Position numbers and translations under genes: made by a program
Shown: positions 1 to 6,793 of the stretch, piece by piece
Position numbering within the stretch: the stretch's first letter is position 1
How the letters are laid out: each line of letters begins with the position of its first letter
The notes under the pieces: model-generated
The model's input: only the letters and a program-made list of their open reading frames with translations
Told to the model about the DNA's origin: nothing
Database searches by the model: none
Assembly: GCA_027451365.1 (NCBI GenBank)
Contig: DAIDJN010000036.1
Location: 1-15,610, forward strand
DNA length: 15,610 nt
Origin: Phycisphaerales bacterium
GTDB lineage: Bacteria > Planctomycetota > Phycisphaerae > WQYP01
Direction of reading: 5' to 3'

Positions 1-286
1 CCCCGCATCCGGTGCTTACGAAATCTGCAGCCCGGTGTTCCACAAAGTCACGTTGCACCTGCAATCACCCTATTCCGGCGGCAAATTTGTGGTCACTGGT
101 TCAGCCCGGCCCATTGAAAACCCTTACATTGAAGGGGTCAAGCTTAATGGCTCAAGACTCAACCGCTGTTGGATTCCCGTTTCCGCCATAACCCATGGCG
201 GACGACTGGATTTCCACCTTGGTGCCACACCAAACCGTACCTGGGCCACCGCTCCGGCAGACCGACCGCCTTCGTTGACGCCTTGA
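1..286 (+). CDS. 3' end (partial) of a GH92-family alpha-1,2-mannosidase-like glycoside hydrolase
   Basis: The frame is open from base 2: PASGAYEICSPVFHKVTLHL...NPYIEGVKLNGSRLNRCWIPVSAITHGGRLDFHLGATPNRTWA...PPS. This matches the GH92 C-terminal pattern (P.SG.Y.I.SP.F...N.YI..V.LNG......I..GG.L.F.....P). Stop TGA at 284-286. Confidence 0.8.
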   Translation, partial: PASGAYEICSPVFHKVTLHLQSPYSGGKFVVTGSARPIENPYIEGVKLNGSRLNRCWIPVSAITHGGRLDFHLGATPNRTWATAPADRPPSLTP

Positions 287-508
287 TCACGTCTGCTGGC
301 AATTCAAGCAAACGACCGATACCTGCAAAGCCGGGCCATGCGGCGGAGGACCGCTTATTGCCAACCAATACGGCCGCATTCCGTTCATTGGGACCTTTCG
401 GTGCCCGGAACGACGGTTATATTCAACGGGCAATTAAATAATGAGGCTCCAAAATGTTAACCAGCAACTGCTACACAGCATGGAAACCAGCCGTTTCCGG
501 AAAATCAT

Positions 509-1465
509 TCATGCGGACGGCGATTCATCGGTCCGTGAACCAGTCGTTTCGCGAGCGCGATATTGACGCGGTGTGATTTTTAATTCGCGCCGAAATACGG
601 TCGGCAGGTGCGTCGGTGAGGAAAACCCGACGGCGGTGGCGATATATTTAATCGGCAGATGTGTCTCGCGAAGCATCCGTTGGGCTCGCGATAACCGACA
701 GGCGGTCAATTCCTGAAGAACAGTACGATTGCAGGCGGCCAGAAATCTTCTTTCTAACTTCCGCCGGGTAACGCCCAGTTGGCGGGCTATACGGCCAACG
801 GATAAATTCTGATGACTGTAATTCCAGATAATACCGAGCGCGGCATTGGCCACTGGATCGTCTGACTGGGCTGCGGCCTTGGCTTCGGCACGCGCCGGTC
901 GGGTAATATTGGTAGCTACCGCCGAAGTATCGCGCCCGAGTATTCCCGCAAGAACCCCCAAAGCCGAAAAGGATGCAGCGTAGCCGTCGCCAGGGCTTTT
1001 CACAGCTGACTCAACAATTTTTTCCATATTTTTCACCAATAATTTGGTGTGAACAATGTTTCGCACTGCGGAATGGGGACTGATAACACCCGCCTGCTGC
1101 CAGATATGCGGGATTTGGCCATTAAAGGATATCCAGAATTCCTCCCATCCGGTCTTGGGATTGGGTCTATAGCGATGCCAAACGTCCGGCAAAAGAAGCA
1201 TCGCCATACCCGCGTGAATTCGCACCAATCCGGTTTCATGAGATTCAAATTCACCCTCTCCACTGTGAATGATCACCACCTGATATTCCGGCAGAACCCG
1301 CCCGGTGTTCCATGAAAATTCGTACATATCAGGATGGGATGTAAGTGGATAGGCTTGGTTGGGGCCAACGCGTTCAACGCCCGCACCGGTAAGGTAAAAG
1401 CCTGTGGCGAAAACGGCATCGCTCACGGGGAAATAACCATGGGTGGTGTCGTTTTTCAACAACAT
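509..1465 (-). CDS. AraC/XylS-family transcriptional regulator (N-terminal cupin effector domain, C-terminal double HTH)
   Basis: 318 aa. N-terminal GRVLPEYQVVIIHSGEGEFES...WHRYRP...GWEEFWISFNG; C-terminal RLSRAQRMLRETHLPIKYIATAVGFSSPTHLPTVFRRELKITPRQYR is the AraC signature. RBS AGGAG on the minus strand at 1472-1476. Confidence 0.95.
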   Translation of the reverse strand: MLLKNDTTHGYFPVSDAVFATGFYLTGAGVERVGPNQAYPLTSHPDMYEFSWNTGRVLPEYQVVIIHSGEGEFESHETGLVRIHAGMAMLLLPDVWHRYRPNPKTGWEEFWISFNGQIPHIWQQAGVISPHSAVRNIVHTKLLVKNMEKIVESAVKSPGDGYAASFSALGVLAGILGRDTSAVATNITRPARAEAKAAAQSDDPVANAALGIIWNYSHQNLSVGRIARQLGVTRRKLERRFLAACNRTVLQELTACRLSRAQRMLRETHLPIKYIATAVGFSSPTHLPTVFRRELKITPRQYRARETTGSRTDESPSA

Positions 1466-1516
1466 TATTGGCTCCTATAACGACGAATAACAAATAACAC
1501 GCTAGCATTTTGCATA

Positions 1517-1525
1517 ATTGTAGCA
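1517..1525 (-). promoter_or_regulatory. Putative extended -10 promoter (TGcTACAAT) for the AraC gene
   Basis: The reverse complement of 1517-1525 is TGCTACAAT (TGn + TACAAT), about 50 nt upstream of the araC-like start. Confidence 0.4.
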
Positions 1526-1570
1526 TAATTGGAGTGTCGTAAAATCAAATGAGTTTTTTTCAACTTTTAC

Positions 1571-1599
1571 TTGCAATTCGCGCCAGCCTGTTCTATAGT
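1571..1599 (+). promoter_or_regulatory. Putative sigma70 promoter for the PEP-CTERM/prepilin/GH78 cluster
   Basis: TTGCAA (1571-1576), a 17-nt spacer, then TATAGT (1594-1599); each hexamer is close to consensus, and the upstream sequence is AT-rich. Confidence 0.55.
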
Positions 1600-1845
1600 A
1601 AGTGATATATCAAATGCAGACTTTCTTTAACTGTCTGCGCATGCTGTCTTGTAGAAGTTGATATTAGCCTGTCTTGACGAAAATGAGAAATACGGCTTCT
1701 GGCAGGCACGAGAAAAGGCTGTTTTTAGGTTCGGATAAGTGTGCAGATAGTGACGTCTGATAATTCATAAACGCGAATGCGAGTATATCAGATGCCATCG
1801 AAATCAGAATATAAATAAGCAGGGACGTTTCAATTCCATTTTATA

Positions 1846-1862
1846 CCATCGGTTACCGATGG
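1846..1862. promoter_or_regulatory. Perfect inverted repeat CCATCGGT-T-ACCGATGG (candidate operator or leader hairpin)
   Basis: 8-bp arms with a 1-nt spacer, ending 48 nt before the ATG at 1911. Confidence 0.4.
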
Positions 1863-1910
1863 GTGGAGCCGAAACGATACACCTAAGCTTACTTTTGGGA
1901 GTGCGTATTT

Positions 1911-3095
1911 ATGGTTACCAATTCACGTCTTATCAGTTTGGCCTCTACCGCGGCAATCGCATTGTCGCTGGGGCTGACCGGGGCCACAATTCAGGCATCC
2001 GATTCAATTGCCATTTCCAACCCAAGCTTTCAGAACGGGGCCAATCCATATCCAGGTTATGGTGCAATTTCCGGCTGGACGGAAAATAATTCCTTTGCCG
2101 GAACAAATAGCAACGCCTATCCCTTTGCCGCAGGCACGAATTTGCCGGACGCCAATCAAGTGGCGTTTCTGCAAAATGGTTCCGCCGGCACCTACACCTC
2201 GATTAGTCAGTCCATTTCCGGCCTTACACCGGGCGATCAATATTGGTTCCAGGTGTTTTACAATGCCCGGCAGACTTATGGATCCCCAGGTCTGCTGGCC
2301 ACCTATGGAAGTCAGACAATTGCAAATGTTGGACCGATTCCAGTTTCAAATTCAAACTTCACCTTCCTGAACGCCACTTTTACCCCGACAAGCAGTTCGG
2401 GAACATTAACTATTGAAAATCCGGCAAGTTACGGAAGCTATGGCGACAACACCCTGCTGATTGACAGCGTTTCGGTAATCCAGCGCAATCCGGGACAAAT
2501 TGTTATCGCCAACCCCAGCTTCGAAGGCAGCACCAACGAGACTTGGGTATATCCGGGATACTTATCGAACATTGGCGGTTGGGCCACTACGGGAAATACC
2601 GGCGTGAATACGGGCAACGGCCCATTTGCGGACAACGGCACGATTCCCGACGGCAGTCAGGTTGGTTTTCTGCAAAATAACAGTACTGCGACCGCACAGG
2701 CAAGCATGAGTCAGACGCTCAGCGGCCTTACAGTTGGCTCAACCTATCAACTGAAGTTTTATTACAACGCACGATCACAGGGTGGAACAGCCCCCAATTC
2801 TGCAATGACTGTAACCCTTGGCAGTTCTACACTCGCCAATAATTTAACCGTCGCGCCGGTGGGCGGAACGAATCCTTATGATGTGTTTACTGCGGATTAT
2901 ACTGCCACCGCCAGCACCGCTCTGCTGGATGTAATGAACTCCACACCGTTCGGCGGTACCGCAGCGGATAATACCCTGCTTGTGGATAATTTTTCGCTGG
3001 CACCCGTAACGGCCACGCCGGAGCCAGCTTCGCTGGCGCTCCTTGGCCTGAGCGGCGCGGGGTTGTTGCTGCTTAAACGCCGCAGAACGGCCTGA
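1911..3095 (+). CDS. PEP-CTERM sorting-domain surface protein, copy 1, with two tandem CBM/DUF642-like beta-sandwich repeats
   Basis: 394 aa. Sec signal peptide (...GATIQA|SD). Two internal repeats (NPSF...GW...PD..QV.FLQ...SQ..SGLT.G..Y...YNAR...DNTLL.D). C-terminal TPEPASLALLGLSGAGLLLLKRRRTA gives PEP + TM helix + basic tail. RBS GGGAG near 1897-1901. Confidence 0.9.
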   Translation: MVTNSRLISLASTAAIALSLGLTGATIQASDSIAISNPSFQNGANPYPGYGAISGWTENNSFAGTNSNAYPFAAGTNLPDANQVAFLQNGSAGTYTSISQSISGLTPGDQYWFQVFYNARQTYGSPGLLATYGSQTIANVGPIPVSNSNFTFLNATFTPTSSSGTLTIENPASYGSYGDNTLLIDSVSVIQRNPGQIVIANPSFEGSTNETWVYPGYLSNIGGWATTGNTGVNTGNGPFADNGTIPDGSQVGFLQNNSTATAQASMSQTLSGLTVGSTYQLKFYYNARSQGGTAPNSAMTVTLGSSTLANNLTVAPVGGTNPYDVFTADYTATASTALLDVMNSTPFGGTAADNTLLVDNFSLAPVTATPEPASLALLGLSGAGLLLLKRRRTA

Positions 3096-3159
3096 TTGCG
3101 ATGCCAAACCTGGATTCGCCAAACTGCGGGCTGATAACGCAGCCGGGCGGATGCCCCCA

Positions 3160-3201
3160 AAGGGAGAGCCAATTCAGACAGTCTTGTATTGGCTCTCCCT
3201 T
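3160..3201 (+). other. Intergenic stem-loop (14-bp perfect stem)
   Basis: AAGGGAGAGCCAAT (3160-3173) pairs with ATTGGCTCTCCCTT (3188-3201). No U-tract follows. It ends 29 nt before the ATG at 3231. Confidence 0.8.
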
Positions 3202-3230
3202 GTTCAGATTCCAAAAGAAAGGAGCAGCAG

Positions 3231-4154
3231 ATGAAACGCCGCGGATTTACCCTTGTTGAATTGCTGGTGGTAATATCCATTATCGCACTGCTGATAGCGT
3301 TGCTGCTTCCGGCTTTGGCCAAGGCCCGTATTGTGGCGTTGCAGACGGTGTGCGCATCGAATATCCGCAGCCTTGTTCAGGGTTGCATTGAATATGCACA
3401 AACCCATCAGAATCAATATCCGATGGATTATCAGTTGGACTGGCCGATGGGCGGCTTGGGCACACCACCCGGATATGTGTCCCCCAACAGCCTGGCATGG
3501 GGACTCAGTGATTTGTACACCGACGGAATTCTGACGAATCCCAATTTTATTTATTGTCCTGACTCGGCTCCGGAATTATCACCCCAAAGCACCTTGGGGC
3601 AAATGAGTGGACCAAATCTTCCCACCGGAGTCTATTTGCTGCCCAAAGAATTGCAATACTATGAGAACCTTGACCACACATTTGCTACCAATTGGCCACA
3701 AAAAATGCTTAATAACGGAGCTTGGTTTAACATTGTTTCATCCTATTGTTACTGGTACAAGCGCCCCAATGGGATATATACGGGAACCAACGCGGCGAAT
3801 CCATATTTCGATGAAGCATCCGCCAATCAGTATGGTGTTTGGATAAATCCAGTTACGAAAATTGGCAAGCGCCATAACTACGCCGACCCGACCGATGGCT
3901 TGTTCTGTCAAGCCCCGACCGACCCGGGAAATTCAATACTCATTACCGATCTGGTGTCATCTTATAACGGGTCGTGGAATGTCACCTTTTTTACTTCAGG
4001 CGTTTATTGCAATCACATGCATGACCAGACCGGACCAGATGGTGCCAATATCGGGTATAATGACGGCTCCGTTTCCTGGAAGCCATTGTCGCAATTATCG
4101 CCGGGATACCGTCACTTTGCCGTGGCGGGATCGGATCCTGATTTTTATAGATAA
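3231..4154 (+). CDS. Prepilin-type N-terminal cleavage/methylation protein (DUF1559 / H-X9-DG-associated type), copy 1
   Basis: The start is re-assigned to ATG 3231 (RBS AAGGAG 3219-3224), giving 307 aa. Class III signal MKRRG|FTLVELLVVISIIALLIALLLPALAKAR, followed by CASNIRS, a YCP motif and C-terminal NH...GANIGYNDGSVSW. Confidence 0.92.
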   Translation: MKRRGFTLVELLVVISIIALLIALLLPALAKARIVALQTVCASNIRSLVQGCIEYAQTHQNQYPMDYQLDWPMGGLGTPPGYVSPNSLAWGLSDLYTDGILTNPNFIYCPDSAPELSPQSTLGQMSGPNLPTGVYLLPKELQYYENLDHTFATNWPQKMLNNGAWFNIVSSYCYWYKRPNGIYTGTNAANPYFDEASANQYGVWINPVTKIGKRHNYADPTDGLFCQAPTDPGNSILITDLVSSYNGSWNVTFFTSGVYCNHMHDQTGPDGANIGYNDGSVSWKPLSQLSPGYRHFAVAGSDPDFYR

Positions 4155-4226
4155 AGGGGTGTAAACAGCGCAGTCATCTGAATGCTTTAAGCGATTGATC
4201 CTGCTGGGATTTCTAGAGCAGATTTC

Positions 4227-4265
4227 CGCATATACCTTTGAGCCGCGCGGCTAAAAGAATATGCG
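4227..4265 (+). other. Intergenic stem-loop (imperfect, ~15 bp)
   Basis: CGCATAT/ATATGCG, CTTT/AAAG and AGCC/GGCT pair around a GCGC loop. It ends 30 nt before the ATG at 4296. Confidence 0.65.
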
Positions 4266-4295
4266 CAACCTCGTATCAGGAAAAAGGAGATTTTT

Positions 4296-5489
4296 ATGTT
4301 TTCCGGGTCACGTCTTGTTCAGCTTGCCTCAGTTGCAGCAACCGCATTGTCGCTTGGGCTTGCGGGCAGCGCTGTGCGGGCGTCCGATTCAATTGCCATT
4401 TCCAACCCAAGCTTTCAGAATGGTGCTATCACTGGAGTCGGTTACGGGACCATCAGCGGTTGGACGGCTAACAATGGTTTCAGCGGTGTAAACGGACCTG
4501 GACAGCCATTTGGCCTGAATACAAATTTTCCAGACGCAAATCAGGTCGCGTTTATACAGAACGGCTCTGCGGGCACCTATTCATCGCTCAGCCAAACGAT
4601 TTCCGGCCTTACTCCCGGAGATCAATACTGGTTCCAGGCTTACTATGACGCCCGACAGGGATATGGTTCCCCCTCCATGACCGTCACTTATGGTGGCCAG
4701 ACAATCGGCAGTGTCACAGCTATTCAGTCAACAAACCCCAATTACACCCTGTTTAACGCGGCCTTTGTACCCACAAGCAGTTCAGGAACGTTGACGATTG
4801 CCAATTCCGCAAGCTACAGTTCCTATGGAGACAACACGTTATTAATCGACAGCGTTTCGGTGATCCAGCGCAATCCGGGACAGATCGTTGTCGCCAACCC
4901 AAGCTTTGAGGGCAGCACTAACGAATCATGGATATACCCGGGATATATATCGAACATTGGCGGTTGGGCCACTACGGGAAATACCGGCGTGAATACGGGA
5001 AGTGGTCCGTTTGCCAATAATGGAAACGTTCCCGACGGCAGTCAGGTTGGATTTTTACAGAATAACAGTTCTTCGACCGCGCAGGCAAGTTTCAGTCAAA
5101 CCCTCACCGGAATGACGATCGGCACAACCTATCAACTTAAATTCTACTACAACGCTCGATCTACCAGTGGTGTCTCAAGCGGTGGCGGGTATCCGACCAT
5201 GAATGTCACCTTGGGCAGTTCAACTCTGGCCAACAACCTGGCGGTAACCCCTGTTGGCGGGTCAAATCCGTACGATCTGTTCACCGCCAACTACACTGCA
5301 ACCAGCACCAGCGCCTTGCTGGATGTCGCCAATGGCGCAGCTTTCGGTTCAGGCGCTCCGGACAGCACCCTGCTTGTGGATAATTTTTCGCTGGCACCCG
5401 TAACGGCCACGCCGGAGCCAGCTTCGTTGGCGCTCCTTGGCCTGAGCGGCGCGGGGTTGTTGCTGCTTAAACGCCGCAGAACAGCTTGA
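4296..5489 (+). CDS. PEP-CTERM sorting-domain surface protein, copy 2 (paralog of 1911..3095)
   Basis: 397 aa. RBS AAGGAG at 4284-4289. Signal peptide ...SAVRA|SD, the same two-repeat architecture and an identical C-terminal PEP-CTERM peptide. Confidence 0.9.
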   Translation: MFSGSRLVQLASVAATALSLGLAGSAVRASDSIAISNPSFQNGAITGVGYGTISGWTANNGFSGVNGPGQPFGLNTNFPDANQVAFIQNGSAGTYSSLSQTISGLTPGDQYWFQAYYDARQGYGSPSMTVTYGGQTIGSVTAIQSTNPNYTLFNAAFVPTSSSGTLTIANSASYSSYGDNTLLIDSVSVIQRNPGQIVVANPSFEGSTNESWIYPGYISNIGGWATTGNTGVNTGSGPFANNGNVPDGSQVGFLQNNSSSTAQASFSQTLTGMTIGTTYQLKFYYNARSTSGVSSGGGYPTMNVTLGSSTLANNLAVTPVGGSNPYDLFTANYTATSTSALLDVANGAAFGSGAPDSTLLVDNFSLAPVTATPEPASLALLGLSGAGLLLLKRRRTA

Positions 5490-5582
5490 CCGATACTGCG
5501 GTAAAGCTGCGTAAGGCAGCGTGGAATTCTGATATGAATGCCTCGCAATAAGGCCTTGACGCAAAGTGGCAACAACGACTCT

Positions 5583-5622
5583 CAGGATCGCCAGTTTGGA
5601 ACACATCCGGCTGGCGATCCTG
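5583..5622 (+). other. Intergenic stem-loop (12-bp perfect stem plus extension)
   Basis: CAGGATCGCCAG (5583-5594) pairs with CTGGCGATCCTG (5611-5622), with inner G-U pairs and GGA/TCC. No U-tract follows. It ends 28 nt before the ATG at 5651. Confidence 0.8.
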
Positions 5623-5650
5623 TCGGGGCTACACAAAAAGGGGTATCAGA

Positions 5651-6529
5651 ATGAAACGCGCTGCATTTACACTGGTTGAGCTGCTGGTAGTCATATCGAT
5701 TATCGGACTGCTGATCGCCTTGCTTCTACCGGCACTTGCCAGCGTACGTGCTGATGCGGAGCGCGTCGTATGCGCTACCAATATACGCTCTATTACCCAG
5801 GCGATACATATTTACGCCAACGATTTTAAGGGACAATATCCTTGGACCACCCAGGGAAATTGGCCTTTTGGCGGGCAATCCGTCATGAATGGATCCGCAA
5901 TAATTTCCAGTTATCCGACTGATGATTTTGGCAGCCTGTATTTTAATGGCATACTCACGAATCCCGCATCAATCTATTGCCCACAATCAGGTTACATGGG
6001 GCCGGAGGGACCCTATGCGAATTATTCCTACACCCCAAGAAACGGCGTTTCCATGGGGGCGGCGTATCTTCCGACTGCGGTGAAGCAATACATAGCCACG
6101 ACTGGTAAATACAACTGGTCTACGAACATGATCTGGTACGGTGTCTATTCGACCTATTGTTACTGGTGGCAACGGCCAAACGTGAACGTGTTTGGTCCCG
6201 GCAATACTACTTATGGCATATGGATCAATCCGGAAACAGGAATTGGAAAGCGAATCAATTACGCGATCCCAAATGAAAATTTCACTCAAAGCTCTATCGA
6301 TGCCGGATCGACCATTCTGGTAACAGATCTCACCGCATCTTACAACGGCTCGTGGGGGGCTGGCCCTTTTCTGGGTGGCGCAGATCCAACCTTTCCAATG
6401 AGTAATCATACCAGTCAGACCGGTGCTCCTGATGGTGCGAATATTGGCTACAACGACGGTTCGGTGGCATGGAAGCCATACACCCAAATGCATGTAGGGT
6501 ATGCATTTAATTACGATTTTTATCGTTAG
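5651..6529 (+). CDS. Prepilin-type N-terminal cleavage/methylation protein (DUF1559 / H-X9-DG-associated type), copy 2
   Basis: 292 aa. MKRAA|FTLVELLVVISIIGLLIALLLPALASVR, CATNIRS, YCP and C-terminal NH...GANIGYNDGSVAW. It shares YCYW, YG.WINP.T.IGKR.NYA, SYNGSW and the terminal DFYR with copy 1. Confidence 0.92.
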   Translation: MKRAAFTLVELLVVISIIGLLIALLLPALASVRADAERVVCATNIRSITQAIHIYANDFKGQYPWTTQGNWPFGGQSVMNGSAIISSYPTDDFGSLYFNGILTNPASIYCPQSGYMGPEGPYANYSYTPRNGVSMGAAYLPTAVKQYIATTGKYNWSTNMIWYGVYSTYCYWWQRPNVNVFGPGNTTYGIWINPETGIGKRINYAIPNENFTQSSIDAGSTILVTDLTASYNGSWGAGPFLGGADPTFPMSNHTSQTGAPDGANIGYNDGSVAWKPYTQMHVGYAFNYDFYR

Positions 6530-6793
6530 CCCGCGGCTTAACGCCGCCCCGGCGCGGCATTGTCATCCTTTGGAATTACCGGCAAAAGCCGTGCCGGTCG
6601 TCGCCTTTAGCTGGACTACGAAATAATATAAAATGAACTGCGTTAAACCATCCATTGCCGCGGCCAATTACCCAATTGTGGGCCAGGAAATCCTGAATTT
6701 CCCCGCGAACTTTTCAGGTACTATGACTGCGAACTACCCTGCAGACTCGGCAAAAAAAACGCCAAAGACAAGCCGCACCAACAGGAGAAAATA

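Larger units (their letters stand above)
1911..6529 (+). repeat. Tandem duplication of a [PEP-CTERM + prepilin-like] two-gene module (~2.4 kb period)
   Basis: Start-to-start offsets are 2385 bp (1911 to 4296) and 2420 bp (3231 to 5651). The proteins are clearly paralogous. Identical DNA blocks: 1998-2035/4383-4420, 2563-2614/4948-4999, and 2973-3088/5367-5482 (1 mismatch). Confidence 0.92.

Noticed and set aside
169..441. ORFs 169..441, 159..368 and 15275..15553 as real small genes
   Set aside because: They have no recognisable motifs or convincing RBS, and they overlap better-supported genes.
1503..1511. TAGCATTTT resembling the start of the E. coli araI1 half-site
   Set aside because: It is a short match in AT-rich DNA, and this regulator is not an E. 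coli AraC ortholog, so it is probably coincidental.
3160..3201. Intergenic hairpins as classical rho-independent terminators
   Set aside because: No U-tract follows the stems at 3201, 4265 or 5622, so they are reported as stem-loops only.
3189..3230. Longer TTG start for prepilin copy 1 in the ORF track
   Set aside because: The TTG lies inside the hairpin. ATG 3231 has a strong RBS and gives the MKRRG|F leader matching the paralog.
2897..3322. Antisense ORFs 2897..3322/5291..5575 and 2438..2641/4823..5017 that resemble each other
   Set aside because: Their similarity is a by-product of the duplicated + strand genes; they are shadow ORFs, like the other short overlapping ORFs in the track.
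1998..5482. Near-identical repeats as a diversity-generating retroelement TR/VR pair
   Set aside because: There is no reverse transcriptase in the window, both copies lie in intact paralogous ORFs, and the single mismatch in the 116-bp block is a synonymous C/T rather than a pattern of adenine-specific variation.
6543..6598. Short hairpins after prepilin copy 2 (GCCGC/GCGGC and ACCGGCA/TGCCGGT)
   Set aside because: These are 5-7 bp GC-rich stems with no U-tract and do not share the 28-30 nt geometry, so they are too weak to call.
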